DNA of 64,000 bases from an uncultured Candidatus Saccharibacteria bacterium (lineage in GTDB: Bacteria; Patescibacteriota; Minisyncoccia; Phycocordibacterales; UBA12088): assembly GCA_964531785.1 (NCBI GenBank), contig CAZHFF010000002.1, positions 157,851 through 221,850 on the forward strand, written 5' to 3'. Below the pieces are notes generated by a model. That model did not search any database. It was not told the origin of the DNA and saw only the letters and a list, made by a program, of their open reading frames with translations. Position numbers and translations under genes: made by a program. Every line of letters begins with the position of its first letter. Position 1 is the first letter of the stretch. Below are positions 36,696-45,322 of the stretch, piece by piece.

Positions 36696-36747
36696 CCGTT
36701 GTGTCGTCGTTGATAGCTCGGGACGCACATGGTACGCTCTAGCATAC

Positions 36748-36824
36748 GCCGGGGTAGCTCAGGTGGTTAGAGCGAGGGACTCATAAACCCTAGGTCGGAG
36801 GTTCAACTCCTCCCCTCGGCACCA
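36748..36824 (+). tRNA. tRNA with anticodon CAU (Met/Ile2; CCA encoded)
   Basis: GCCGGGG-TA-GCTC-AGGTGGTTA-GAGC-G-AGGGA-CTCATAA-ACCCT-AGGTC-GGAGG-TTCAACT-CCTCC-CCTCGGC-A-CCA. A31:A39 mismatch; G1:C72. Confidence 0.85.
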
Positions 36825-36930
36825 AAGCAGTGCGACGCCGCTTCGGGAACGACACTTCGCGGTACCCGTTTGGAGCGGTCGTGTGCGGGTCGTTGAAGCA
36901 TAGTACCGTTGAAAGCAACTCCTGGTCTCC

Positions 36931-37563
36931 ATGAACGATAGTAGCCCCATAGCACGTGTCATGCACCACCCCTGGTTCGGCGTGGCGAGCAACGTGGCGC
37001 TCGCGCTCGTTTTCACCCATTTTGCGGTACGCCATGTCGCTGCGTACCAGATCGACCCGAATCCGCTCTACCTCATGTACGTCACGATGGAGGCGCTCGT
37101 GGTCGCTTTCGTACTGTCGAGGAAGCAGCCTATCGAACGGAGCGCCCGACCCGCGACGATACTGGCCGCCCTTGCCGGCACCTTCCTGCCGCTCGTGTAT
37201 GCACCAAACGGACAGGTCCTTACGTATACTGTTGGCGTCTTGCTCGGTTTCGTGGGTTCGGCATTCGCGGTGCTCTCGTACCTGTCGCTCAACACCAGTT
37301 TTGGCATCACCCCCGCGCTACGCTCGGTGAAGGAGCGCGGCATGTATGCGTTCGTGCGTCACCCTATGTACCTCTCGTACCTACCGCTCCAGGTCGGGTA
37401 CCTGCTGACCAATTTCTCCGTCTACAATGCCTCCGTGTTCGCGCTGATCGTCGTTGCCCAGCTCACCCGCATACGGTACGAAGAAGCGCTCCTGCTCCGG
37501 GACCCCGCCTACGTGCGATATGCGGCTCGGGTGCGGTACCGTTTGATCCCGTACGTCTACTGA
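36931..37563 (+). CDS. isoprenylcysteine carboxyl / phospholipid methyltransferase family membrane protein
   Basis: GMYAFVRHPMYLSYL...RIRYEEALL motif; 5 TM. Confidence 0.7.
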   Translation: MNDSSPIARVMHHPWFGVASNVALALVFTHFAVRHVAAYQIDPNPLYLMYVTMEALVVAFVLSRKQPIERSARPATILAALAGTFLPLVYAPNGQVLTYTVGVLLGFVGSAFAVLSYLSLNTSFGITPALRSVKERGMYAFVRHPMYLSYLPLQVGYLLTNFSVYNASVFALIVVAQLTRIRYEEALLLRDPAYVRYAARVRYRLIPYVY

Positions 37564-37647
37564 GCTGCCGAACACAGCTACCTGGAACGTGCCTTGCTAT
37601 TTGTCCTTTGCTGTATAATAATGGCGCAACGTAGCGTAGCTACGGAT

Positions 37648-37721
37648 GCGGGTGTAGCTCAGCTGGTTAGAGCGTCCGCCTGTCACGCGGAAGGTCGAGG
37701 GTTCAAGTCCCTTCACCCGCG
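37648..37721 (+). tRNA. tRNA-Asp, anticodon GUC
   Basis: GCGGGTG-TA-GCTC-AGCTGGTTA-GAGC-G-TCCGC-CTGTCAC-GCGGA-AGGTC-GAGGG-TTCAAGT-CCCTT-CACCCGC-G. Confidence 0.9.
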
Positions 37722-37758
37722 CACACGCAAACAGCCCCTCCGGGGCTTTTTGCGTGTG
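37722..37758 (+). terminator. long perfect hairpin immediately after tRNA-Asp (terminator-like)
   Basis: cacacgcaaa-c-agcccc-tcc-ggggct-t-tttgcgtgtg. Confidence 0.6.
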
Positions 37759-37763
37759 CGGTG

Positions 37764-37788
37764 AGCGAGCAAACTGCTTTGCTCGCGT
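37764..37788 (+). repeat. conserved 25-nt hairpin, copy B (AGCGAGCAAACTGCTTTGCTCGCGT)
   Basis: 24/25 identical to the reverse complement of 34545-34569. Followed directly by AAGGGACTTGAA (37789-37800), the exact reverse complement of the tRNA-Asp T-loop/T-stem TTCAAGTCCCTT (37702-37713). Confidence 0.85.
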
Positions 37789-37916
37789 AAGGGACTTGAA
37801 AAGCAGAGCCATGTCGCAAAGCGACAGGCGAGCTCGGGTAGGAGCCACCCGCTAGAATTGGAGCACAGCGACGTGCATCCATAGGTCGTGTACTTATGCT
37901 CGGGTATACTGCAGGT

Positions 37917-38765
37917 ATGAAGGTGCGTACCGTGCAGGAACTGTTCCGTTCGCGACCGACCATCGAGGGCGCCGGTGTTCACCTGCAGCGTGTGTTCGCA
38001 CAGCCTGAAGTACCCAAGTTCGATCCGTTCTTGCTGTTAGACGACTTCGGTTCACGTGATCCTGACGACTATGTGAAAGGTTTTCCCTGGCATCCCCATC
38101 GGGGCATTGAAACGGTGACCTATATGATGTCAGGCGAAGTGGAGCATCAGGACAGTCTGGGGAACCGAGGGGTGATACGCACAGGCGATGTGCAGTGGAT
38201 GACCGCTGGTAGCGGCATCATTCACCAGGAGATGCCCCAGGTTGCCAAGGAAGGCCTCAAAGGGCTGCAGCTCTGGGTAAATCTGCCGAGTACGAAAAAA
38301 ATGACCGAGCCTCGCTATCGAGGCTTGAGCCAAAGGGACATCCCGGTCACTCGGCGGGACGACTGTCTCGTGCGGATCATCGCCGGTACGTGGAACGGAG
38401 TGACGGGCCCGGCAAGTCACCTGCACGTTCCGGTGTCCTACTTCGATGTCGAGCTTAAAGCGGGCGCCCTCTTCGTGGCTGACGTTCCTTCGGAGTACAC
38501 CGTCTTCGTGTACGTGTATGAAGGTATGGCACGCATCGGTGCGCAGCAGGTCGTGGAGGAACAGTACGCTGCGCTCACCAAAGAGGGCGACCGTATCGAG
38601 GTTGCGTCCATGACGGGTCATACGAAATGCATCGTCGTCGCCGGTGAGCCGATCGGTGAGGCGATCGCTTGGGGTGGTCCGATCGTCATGAACACGGAAA
38701 CTGAACTGCAGCAGGCATTCGCAGAGCTCAAGAGCAATACCTTCATAGGCCCCCGGTCGCGGTAG
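37917..38765 (+). CDS. pirin family protein (bicupin)
   Basis: FPWHPHRGIETVTYMMSGEVEHQDSLGN...GDVQWMTAGSGIIHQE. ATG 37917 lies 6 nt after TATACT. Confidence 0.85.
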   Translation: MKVRTVQELFRSRPTIEGAGVHLQRVFAQPEVPKFDPFLLLDDFGSRDPDDYVKGFPWHPHRGIETVTYMMSGEVEHQDSLGNRGVIRTGDVQWMTAGSGIIHQEMPQVAKEGLKGLQLWVNLPSTKKMTEPRYRGLSQRDIPVTRRDDCLVRIIAGTWNGVTGPASHLHVPVSYFDVELKAGALFVADVPSEYTVFVYVYEGMARIGAQQVVEEQYAALTKEGDRIEVASMTGHTKCIVVAGEPIGEAIAWGGPIVMNTETELQQAFAELKSNTFIGPRSR

Positions 38766-38897
38766 TGCGCGCGGCTCGCGTTACGCGAAAACCATCGCTT
38801 GAAGCGGGATCCTTGGCGTACGTGCTCATGTCACGGTATACTCGGCGCAGAAACCCTCAAGAAGGGCACCTTGCACAAGATACACAAGGAATGGATC

Positions 38898-40430
38898 ATG
38901 CAGACCCTACCCCAGGTTGCCATCATCGAACTCGGTTCGCAGTACACGCTCCTCATCGAGCGGGCGTTGCGTGAGCTCGGGTTCCGTTCGGTTATCCTTG
39001 ACCCGAGCCGTGCGGAGCAGTGGCTCCAAGAGCACCATGTGAAGGCGGTGATCCTCTCGGGCGGAGCCGCGAGCGTCTATGACCGTGATGCGCCACAGCC
39101 TCCGTTCGACATTCTGCGGTTGCGTCAGGTTGACGGCGGGCCGATCGCGGTCCTTGGTATTTGCTATGGCATGCAGTGGATAGCTGCACATGAGGGAGGA
39201 ACGGTACGGCCGATCGAGGGGAGTCGTGAGTATGGCGATGCTACGATCCGCGTGAAGGCCCGAGACGGGATCTTCGCTGAAACGCCGACCGACCAGCCGG
39301 TATGGATGAGCCATGGTGACTCCGTTACGGTGTTGCCCGAGGGCTTCACCGAGCTCGCGGTCAGTGATGGTGCGATAGCCGCGATGCAGCGCGGTCTCGT
39401 ATGGGGCGTGCAGTTCCATCCTGAGGTGACCCACACGCCGCATGGCAAGCAGCTCCTCGGGAACTTCCTCCGCCTGGCCGGTTGCGAAACGGACTGGATA
39501 CCCACCTCGATCGTGGAACGTATCAGGGACGAAGCGCGGACGCTGCTCAGGCAAGAACGCGTCGTGTTCGGGTTCAGTGGCGGCGTGGACTCGACCACGG
39601 TCTCAGCGATCCTTGCACCGGTCCTTAGAGACCGACTGCGTGCGGTCGCGATCGACGGAGGGCAGCTGCGTGAAGGAGAGCGGGAGGAGATCGAGCAGCA
39701 TGCCCGGGCAGCGGGCGTGAACCTCGTGATCGTGGACGCACACGAGGAGTTCCAGGCCGTCATGAGGGACACGGTCGATGCAGAGGAGAAGCGACGCAGG
39801 TTCCGGAACGTGTACACGAGTCTCTTTGTACGCGCTGCACGCGAGTTCGGGGCTGCCGCCGTCTTGCAGGGCACCCTTGCGCCCGACCGCATCGAGTCTG
39901 GAGCGACCGGCGGTGCGGTCATCAAATCCCATCATAATGTGGGGCTCGATATGGGTAAGCTGCGTCAGTGGCACCCGGTCGACCATCTGTTCAAGTACGA
40001 GGTACGAGCCCTGGCGCAAGCGATCGGGCTGCCGCCGACCGTTTGGCAACGGCAACCATTCCCCGGCCCCGGACTCTTTGTGCGTGTGGTCGGCGTACCT
40101 GCGACCCTTGCACGACTTGAAATCGTGCGCTGGGCGGACGCGCGTGTCCGCGAGATCCTTGTGCGGCACGGCAGGTACGATGAGCTGGCTCAGCTCGTGG
40201 TCGCCTATGTCGGCGCCCATACCGTCGGGGTCAAAGGAGACGCACGCGTCTATGGCGGTTCGATCGTGGTGCGGGCCGTCTCCACAGCCGATTTTATGAC
40301 CGCTGAGGGGGTATGGTTCCCGAAACCGGTCGTCGACGACGTGAAGCGCGTGCTTACGGCCCACTCGGAGATCGTCCGCGTCTGGTTCGATCCAACGAAC
40401 AAGCCGCCGGCTACGACCGAGCTTGAATGA
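38898..40430 (+). CDS. guaA: GMP synthase (glutamine-hydrolysing)
   Basis: GATase domain (GICYGMQ, QFHPE) plus the ATP-PPase P-loop FGFSGGVDSTT; C-terminal dimerisation domain ...KPPATTELE. Start ATG 38898 follows AAGGA. Confidence 0.95.
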   Translation: MQTLPQVAIIELGSQYTLLIERALRELGFRSVILDPSRAEQWLQEHHVKAVILSGGAASVYDRDAPQPPFDILRLRQVDGGPIAVLGICYGMQWIAAHEGGTVRPIEGSREYGDATIRVKARDGIFAETPTDQPVWMSHGDSVTVLPEGFTELAVSDGAIAAMQRGLVWGVQFHPEVTHTPHGKQLLGNFLRLAGCETDWIPTSIVERIRDEARTLLRQERVVFGFSGGVDSTTVSAILAPVLRDRLRAVAIDGGQLREGEREEIEQHARAAGVNLVIVDAHEEFQAVMRDTVDAEEKRRRFRNVYTSLFVRAAREFGAAAVLQGTLAPDRIESGATGGAVIKSHHNVGLDMGKLRQWHPVDHLFKYEVRALAQAIGLPPTVWQRQPFPGPGLFVRVVGVPATLARLEIVRWADARVREILVRHGRYDELAQLVVAYVGAHTVGVKGDARVYGGSIVVRAVSTADFMTAEGVWFPKPVVDDVKRVLTAHSEIVRVWFDPTNKPPATTELE

Positions 40431-40442
40431 CACCTGTACTAT

Positions 40443-40462
40443 GCCCCGGCTTAAGCCGGGGC
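40443..40462 (+). terminator. GC hairpin after guaA (terminator-like, weak U-tract)
   Basis: gccccggc-ttaa-gccggggc, 13 nt after the stop. Confidence 0.45.
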
Positions 40463-40501
40463 GCTTCGCAGACGAGATGTTTGCTGTGCTAGAATCGTCG
40501 T

Positions 40502-41542
40502 ATGCAGCCCATGATGACACTTCCCAAGCTTCGGAGTGGCGATCGTGTCGCGATCGTATCGCCTTCCTTTGCTGCACCGGGGAAGTGGCCGCACGTCTAT
40601 GAACTCGGCCTTGCGCGTATTCGGGAGGTGTTCGGGCTTCAACCGGTCGAGTTTCCCACGACGAGGAAGATCGGCGCTTCAAAGGAAGAACGGGCACAGG
40701 ACCTTATTGACGCGTTTTGTGACCCGACGATCAAAGCGGTCATCGCATCGCTCGGAGGTGATGACCAGGTGACCTACATCAAGCAGTTGCCCCGTGAACC
40801 GTTCCAGAGCAATCCAAAGCCGTTCTTCGGCTATAGCGACAACACTCATTTTGCGAACCACCTCTGGCTCCTCGGCATCCCCTCGTACTATGGCGGCGCA
40901 GTGCTCACCCAGTTCGCGATGCAGGGAGCGATGGATGAGTATACGGTGCGGTACCTGAGGCACGCGTTCTTTACGGGCGGCGAGGTAGAGCTCGTGCCGA
41001 GCGACTCTTTCAGCGATATCGGGCTCGATTGGGACGACCCGAAGACGCTTGCGCTGCACCGGCCGCACGAACCGAACGAGGGCTGGGTGTGGGATGGGAC
41101 TGACGACGGCGAAGGTGTTACCTGGGGCGGGTGCCTCGAGTCGATCGATGAGCTGCTCCGGCACGGCATACCGACCCCCTCGCTTGGTGATCTTGAACAC
41201 AGCGTGCTCATGACCGAAACCTCGGAGGAGCTGCCTTCGCATGACTACGTGTATCGGGTGTACCGCGCACTTGGTGAGCGCGGCATACTCGCCCGTGTGA
41301 ACGGAGTGCTCGTGGGTCGTCCTAAGGCGCAGGAGATCGGCCGAACGTTCGAATCGTCAGAGCGTGCGGCGTACCGTCAGGGTCAGCAGGAGGTGATCCT
41401 CCGCGTCGTGCGTACCTACAATCCCTCCATACCGGTCGTCCAGAACCTGGACTTCGGGCACACGGATCCGCAGATACCCATGCCCTACGGAAGAAAGGTC
41501 CGCATCGATTCCCATGAACGGCGGATATTCGCGCAGTTCTGA
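40502..41542 (+). CDS. LD-carboxypeptidase (peptidase S66, MccF/LdcA family)
   Basis: LRSGDRVAIVSPS...AVIASLGGDD...GYSDNTH (nucleophile Ser). C-terminal His/Glu region FGHTDP. Confidence 0.8.
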   Translation: MQPMMTLPKLRSGDRVAIVSPSFAAPGKWPHVYELGLARIREVFGLQPVEFPTTRKIGASKEERAQDLIDAFCDPTIKAVIASLGGDDQVTYIKQLPREPFQSNPKPFFGYSDNTHFANHLWLLGIPSYYGGAVLTQFAMQGAMDEYTVRYLRHAFFTGGEVELVPSDSFSDIGLDWDDPKTLALHRPHEPNEGWVWDGTDDGEGVTWGGCLESIDELLRHGIPTPSLGDLEHSVLMTETSEELPSHDYVYRVYRALGERGILARVNGVLVGRPKAQEIGRTFESSERAAYRQGQQEVILRVVRTYNPSIPVVQNLDFGHTDPQIPMPYGRKVRIDSHERRIFAQF

Positions 41543-41652
41543 CGAATGGGCGGCGAACGATCGCCCCTTCCTTCATGAAGTAATTCTCCAGCACGTCGTC
41601 CGTCAAAAAAAATGTAGCGCTCAGTGCGCAGGACTAATACAACAACAAACAT

Positions 41653-42102
41653 ATGACAAAACCCATGCAGAAAACCATTATCGCAGGTACGTTGCTCGCA
41701 CTGCTCCTTGCTGCGGTGTTCGTGGGACTCGGTATTGCCGATGTTCGAGCTGAAACGCGGCCGGACCAGGTCGTAGAACGCTTCTATGGGAGCTGGATCG
41801 CGGCTCGGGCAGCGGGTGAGTCGGGTCCGTTCGACAAGCGGCTCCATGAAAAAAGCACCTACGTAACCACATCGTTCGGACAGGAGATCGCGCGTGCAAA
41901 GGAGAATGGTGAAGATGGCGTGCTCTGCGGGACCGATGATCTCTCGAGTTTCGCAGTTGAACAGATGCTCGAACGTGAGGACGGTAAGAGCGCGTCGGTC
42001 ATTTTTACGGTTAGAGGGGCGGTCGGGCGTGTCGTACTCGTTCCTGACCATAGGTCATGGTGGCGTATCGACGAGGTCGACTGCCAGCGCGTTGGGCAGT
42101 GA
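41653..42102 (+). CDS. membrane-anchored/secreted hypothetical protein, paralog 1
   Basis: N-terminal TM; ...VVERFYGSWIAARAAGE...GKSASVIFTV...WWRIDEVDC. Clear paralogy to 43395..43862. Confidence 0.6.
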   Translation: MTKPMQKTIIAGTLLALLLAAVFVGLGIADVRAETRPDQVVERFYGSWIAARAAGESGPFDKRLHEKSTYVTTSFGQEIARAKENGEDGVLCGTDDLSSFAVEQMLEREDGKSASVIFTVRGAVGRVVLVPDHRSWWRIDEVDCQRVGQ

Positions 42103-42251
42103 TCAGTGTCGCTTACCCGAGCAGCGCTCAAACTTCGGGCGACGTTGATGATGGTACAAGAGCAAGGCGCCGCGACCCTCGGTCTGTTGTGCGAGGCAGG
42201 TGTGTGCTCATCGAGCCTGGTGTCGTGGATGCCGCCTGGTATACTGCTCTT

Positions 42252-42800
42252 ATGCGATGTCCTGCCGACCGTGATCCGATGCGCTCGCTCGTTGCCCAGG
42301 GGCAGTCGCTCGACACGTGCTCGACCTGCGGCGGAGTATGGTTCGATGGCGACGAGCTTGGTGCCGTCGTGAGCAATCTCTCTACGGGCGCGGACGAGAC
42401 GTTTCGCGTATGGAACGATCGTGTCTGGAACGCCGCGCAGTCACATGCAGACGCGACCCCGCGCTGTCCGCGTGACTATACCGACATGCAAAGCCACATC
42501 TTTGCAGGGGACTCGGACGCTCGCACTTGGCATTGTGCGAGCTGTGGCGGCTATTGGTTCACTGGTCAAGATGTGAAGCAGCTCATCAAGTATGTCGAAC
42601 CGAACCGACTCGAGGAGCTGACCGCACTCCTGGTTCGCGAAGAACGAAAGGAGCTTGAGGAGCTTGTGATGAAGATCGCGGAGAAAAGCGCCCCGATCAA
42701 CCTCTATCGTTTTTCTTCCATTCACCCGCTGTTCGTCCTGGTCTATAGCCTGCTTGCCGCTATCGTGCAAGAGCTCGTGCTCACCACTCGACAGCAGTAA
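42252..42800 (+). CDS. double TFIIB-type zinc-ribbon protein with C-terminal TM
   Basis: Two modules: CPxD...CSTCGGVWFDGDEL and CPRD...CASCGGYWFTGQDV. ATG 42252 lies 6 nt after TGGTATACT. The upstream part of ORF 42057 was rejected. Confidence 0.7.
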   Translation: MRCPADRDPMRSLVAQGQSLDTCSTCGGVWFDGDELGAVVSNLSTGADETFRVWNDRVWNAAQSHADATPRCPRDYTDMQSHIFAGDSDARTWHCASCGGYWFTGQDVKQLIKYVEPNRLEELTALLVREERKELEELVMKIAEKSAPINLYRFSSIHPLFVLVYSLLAAIVQELVLTTRQQ

Positions 42801-42827
42801 TAGGTCGCGTTTACCGAGCCGAACCGT

Positions 42828-43325
42828 ATGCGCGTGATCGAGAGCAGTGACCCCCTCCAGGCAGGTTACCGATACGCGATTGTTGCACCGACCGGTCGTG
42901 CGTTTGATCCGTCATTTACGCCTGAACTCACGCCGCGAGCGATGCTCGAACTCGGTGTATTCGACGGTTGGTATTTCGAGGGGTACCACGATGAGTTTCC
43001 CCGCTCCTGGTTCGAGCATGCTCGGTTGGGTACCAAAGGACCCGATATCCGCCTGAACTGTTTCGCTGTCCATGCGAGCCAGTCGCGAGCCGTGTGGCAG
43101 CGGAACGGGTGGATACACCAGGATGACCCGCGCGGGTGGTTCCAGTGGTACTGCCGTTACTATCTGGGCAGGCGGCATCCCGACGACGCACGTCAGATCG
43201 TCCGCTGGAGGGCTGCTGTCCGCCATCGAGCTCAGCTTACGAGACACTGCGGTCCCGGTGAGCTCACCTGCAGGCCGCGGCAGCGCCAAGCGCTCCTCCA
43301 CTGGGCATACGATAGCCGCGTCTAG
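42828..43325 (+). CDS. conserved-looking hypothetical protein, Trp/Arg-rich (no family assigned)
   Basis: NCFAVHASQSRAVWQRNGWIHQDDPRGWFQWYCRYYLGRRHPDDARQIVRW looks like a conserved block. Coding-like composition. Confidence 0.55.
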   Translation: MRVIESSDPLQAGYRYAIVAPTGRAFDPSFTPELTPRAMLELGVFDGWYFEGYHDEFPRSWFEHARLGTKGPDIRLNCFAVHASQSRAVWQRNGWIHQDDPRGWFQWYCRYYLGRRHPDDARQIVRWRAAVRHRAQLTRHCGPGELTCRPRQRQALLHWAYDSRV

Positions 43326-43394
43326 CTCTCTACCTGGTGCGGAGCGGTTGTGAGGCGTGCCACCCATCGTTCCCGCTGGTATACTGGGGTTCCT

Positions 43395-43862
43395 ATGGAG
43401 CATACAAAACGCTACGGTATCCTTGCTGCGGGCATCGCGGTCACACTACTGGTCGCGGCCACGGTGGTCACGGGATTGCTTGATGCGCGCGCGCAGACCA
43501 CGCCCGACGCGGCGGTATCCCGATTCTACATGAGCTGGATCGCAGCACTTCGCCAAGGTGAGGATGTGCCGTACGAGAAGCGCCTGTATCGAAGGAGCAC
43601 CTACGTGAGCGATGATTTCGCGCGCAGCGTTGAGCGGAAGCGCGAGGCCGGTTTGGATGCGGTGCTCTGCATCGGCACGGTGCCTACCACCTTTAGTACA
43701 AAGCCTGCGCGCGTGGGAGAGGAGGGGAAGTCGGCGTCGGTCGAGTTCCAGGTGGATGGCGTGGAAGGACATATCGTACTCGTGCGCGACGCACAGAACT
43801 GGTGGCGCATCGATGAGGTCGACTGTCCGTCTTTGTATGGATCGGACAGGGGCGAGTCATAG
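43395..43862 (+). CDS. membrane-anchored/secreted hypothetical protein, paralog 2
   Basis: MEHTKRYGILAAGIAVTLLVAA...VSRFYMSWIAALRQGE...GKSASVEFQV...WWRIDEVDC. TATACT lies 9 nt upstream. Confidence 0.6.
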   Translation: MEHTKRYGILAAGIAVTLLVAATVVTGLLDARAQTTPDAAVSRFYMSWIAALRQGEDVPYEKRLYRRSTYVSDDFARSVERKREAGLDAVLCIGTVPTTFSTKPARVGEEGKSASVEFQVDGVEGHIVLVRDAQNWWRIDEVDCPSLYGSDRGES

Positions 43863-43869
43863 AGCTGCT

Positions 43870-44187
43870 ATGGTCGATCGTGTCGAGCCTTTTCGCACAG
43901 CGGTCCTTCGGGTCGTGTCAACCATACCCCCCGGTTCCGTGCTTACCTACCAGGAGGTCGCATGCCGGGCAGGTAACCCCAAAGCTGCGCGCGCGGTCGG
44001 CTCTATTCTTCGTACTAACTATGATCCCCAGATACCGTGCCATCGGGTCGTGCGATCTGACGGCACGCCAGGTGGCTACAACCGGGGCAGTGCGGAAAAG
44101 GTCCGGCGGCTCGATGCGGAGGCGAAGGGTCGGCAGCAGGGACCCGATCGAGTTCGACGGTCCTCGTACGGTGTCCCTCGCCTGTAA
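43870..44187 (+). CDS. MGMT-family protein (methylated-DNA-protein-cysteine methyltransferase DNA-binding/active-site domain only)
   Basis: VPPGSVLTYQEVA...GNPKAARAVGSIL..N...IPCHRVV; in the frame of ORF 43612..44187. Confidence 0.75.
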   Translation: MVDRVEPFRTAVLRVVSTIPPGSVLTYQEVACRAGNPKAARAVGSILRTNYDPQIPCHRVVRSDGTPGGYNRGSAEKVRRLDAEAKGRQQGPDRVRRSSYGVPRL

Positions 44188-44276
44188 ATCCTTCATTGCG
44201 CCATGGAGTTTTCATGCAGGTGCGCTACACTGGATGCACACGTCCAGGCGTGCGGTTATCAGTCACCACAACCCCT

Positions 44277-44663
44277 ATGAAAGGCTACATTGCGAACATC
44301 GAGGAACTTACGCTCACGAACGATGCGTACCGAAAGGTGCTCTATACCGCGCGCAACTGCCAGCTGGTCGTGATGCGCATCGAGCCGGGCGATGAGATCG
44401 GGGAAGAGATGCACGAGCTTGATCAGTTCATTCGTGTCGAAGCCGGACGAGGCACGGCAGTGCTCGCTGATGTCGAGCATGAGGTCAGTGACGGAACCGC
44501 GCTCGTCATTCCTGCTGGTCTGTTGCACAACATCATCAATTCGGGTGATGAGCCCCTCAAGCTGTATAGTATTTACGCGCCACCTGAGCATCGTGACGGC
44601 GTGATCCACGCGACCAAGGCGGACGAGGACGAAGAGCACTGGGACGGTGAGACGACCGAGTGA
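44277..44663 (+). CDS. cupin domain protein
   Basis: VVMRIEPGDEIGEEMHELDQFIRVEAGRG...ALVIPAGLLHNIINSG (two His-containing cupin motifs). Confidence 0.7.
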   Translation: MKGYIANIEELTLTNDAYRKVLYTARNCQLVVMRIEPGDEIGEEMHELDQFIRVEAGRGTAVLADVEHEVSDGTALVIPAGLLHNIINSGDEPLKLYSIYAPPEHRDGVIHATKADEDEEHWDGETTE

Positions 44664-44677
44664 CCACGGGCCGCAGC

Positions 44678-45277
44678 ATGAGCAGTCTCGAACCATCGCA
44701 AGGTTTTTCTGGCGTGCTGCTCGCAAGTGCTGCCTTTGCGGTCCTGTTCGGAGCGTTCGAGCTCTTGCCGTATGGGGTCGCGCTCTACCAGTACGTATTT
44801 GACCACGCGCCGCTCCTTACGATCGCTCTCCCATTACTCCTGTGGCCGATACCGCTTGCGCTGTTCGTGCTCGCCGAAGTTTTGCAGAGCAGGGAGCGCA
44901 GTGACCGTGTCAGGCGGGCACTGTTCTTTTTCATGCTCGTCGTCACCTCAGCTGCATGCCTTGCGGGACTCTATGCGGTGGTCGGGTCGCCGCCCGTGCA
45001 TCTGCTCCTGCCGCTTATGAGCGCATGTTACCTGATCTATATCCTGAGGCTATGGCACCAGAACACGCTCGATGAGCGTATGGTCGAGGATGGCCACCTT
45101 TCTCGCGGTGGTCTTGCGGTCGTTGCAGTGGCCGGCACGCTGCATTTTTTGGTGCTCGCCTGGTATGACACTTCGCCGCTCATCCTCTTCACGGTCCTCA
45201 TGTCAAGCGTTCCGGTCGTATCCGAAGCGGTGATCAGTGTCCGGTCGATGCTCCTTGGATACTCGACCGGTTCATAG
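44678..45277 (+). CDS. polytopic membrane protein, hypothetical
   Basis: Five hydrophobic segments. Start ATG 44678, or GTG 44660 overlapping the cupin stop. Confidence 0.5.
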   Translation: MSSLEPSQGFSGVLLASAAFAVLFGAFELLPYGVALYQYVFDHAPLLTIALPLLLWPIPLALFVLAEVLQSRERSDRVRRALFFFMLVVTSAACLAGLYAVVGSPPVHLLLPLMSACYLIYILRLWHQNTLDERMVEDGHLSRGGLAVVAVAGTLHFLVLAWYDTSPLILFTVLMSSVPVVSEAVISVRSMLLGYSTGS

Positions 45278-45322
45278 TCCAGCAAATGTCGGAGTAGCTG
45301 CTACTTCTGGTACACTACAGGC

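Noticed and set aside
36825-36930. Echo module after the + strand CAU tRNA
   Set aside because: Only short matches are present (GTTGAA, CAACTCCT), and neither conserved hairpin is there. That is too weak to call; it is mentioned only as a possible degenerate case.
39603-40697. 364-aa minus-strand ORF (similar shadow ORFs: 38907-39554, 39164-39925)
   Set aside because: Antisense to guaA; the composition is Arg/Pro/Asp-biased and there are no domain signatures.
43880-44395. 171-aa + strand ORF
   Set aside because: It is out of frame with the MGMT-like reading frame (43870-44187, PCHRV active site) and runs into the cupin gene. It has no motifs.
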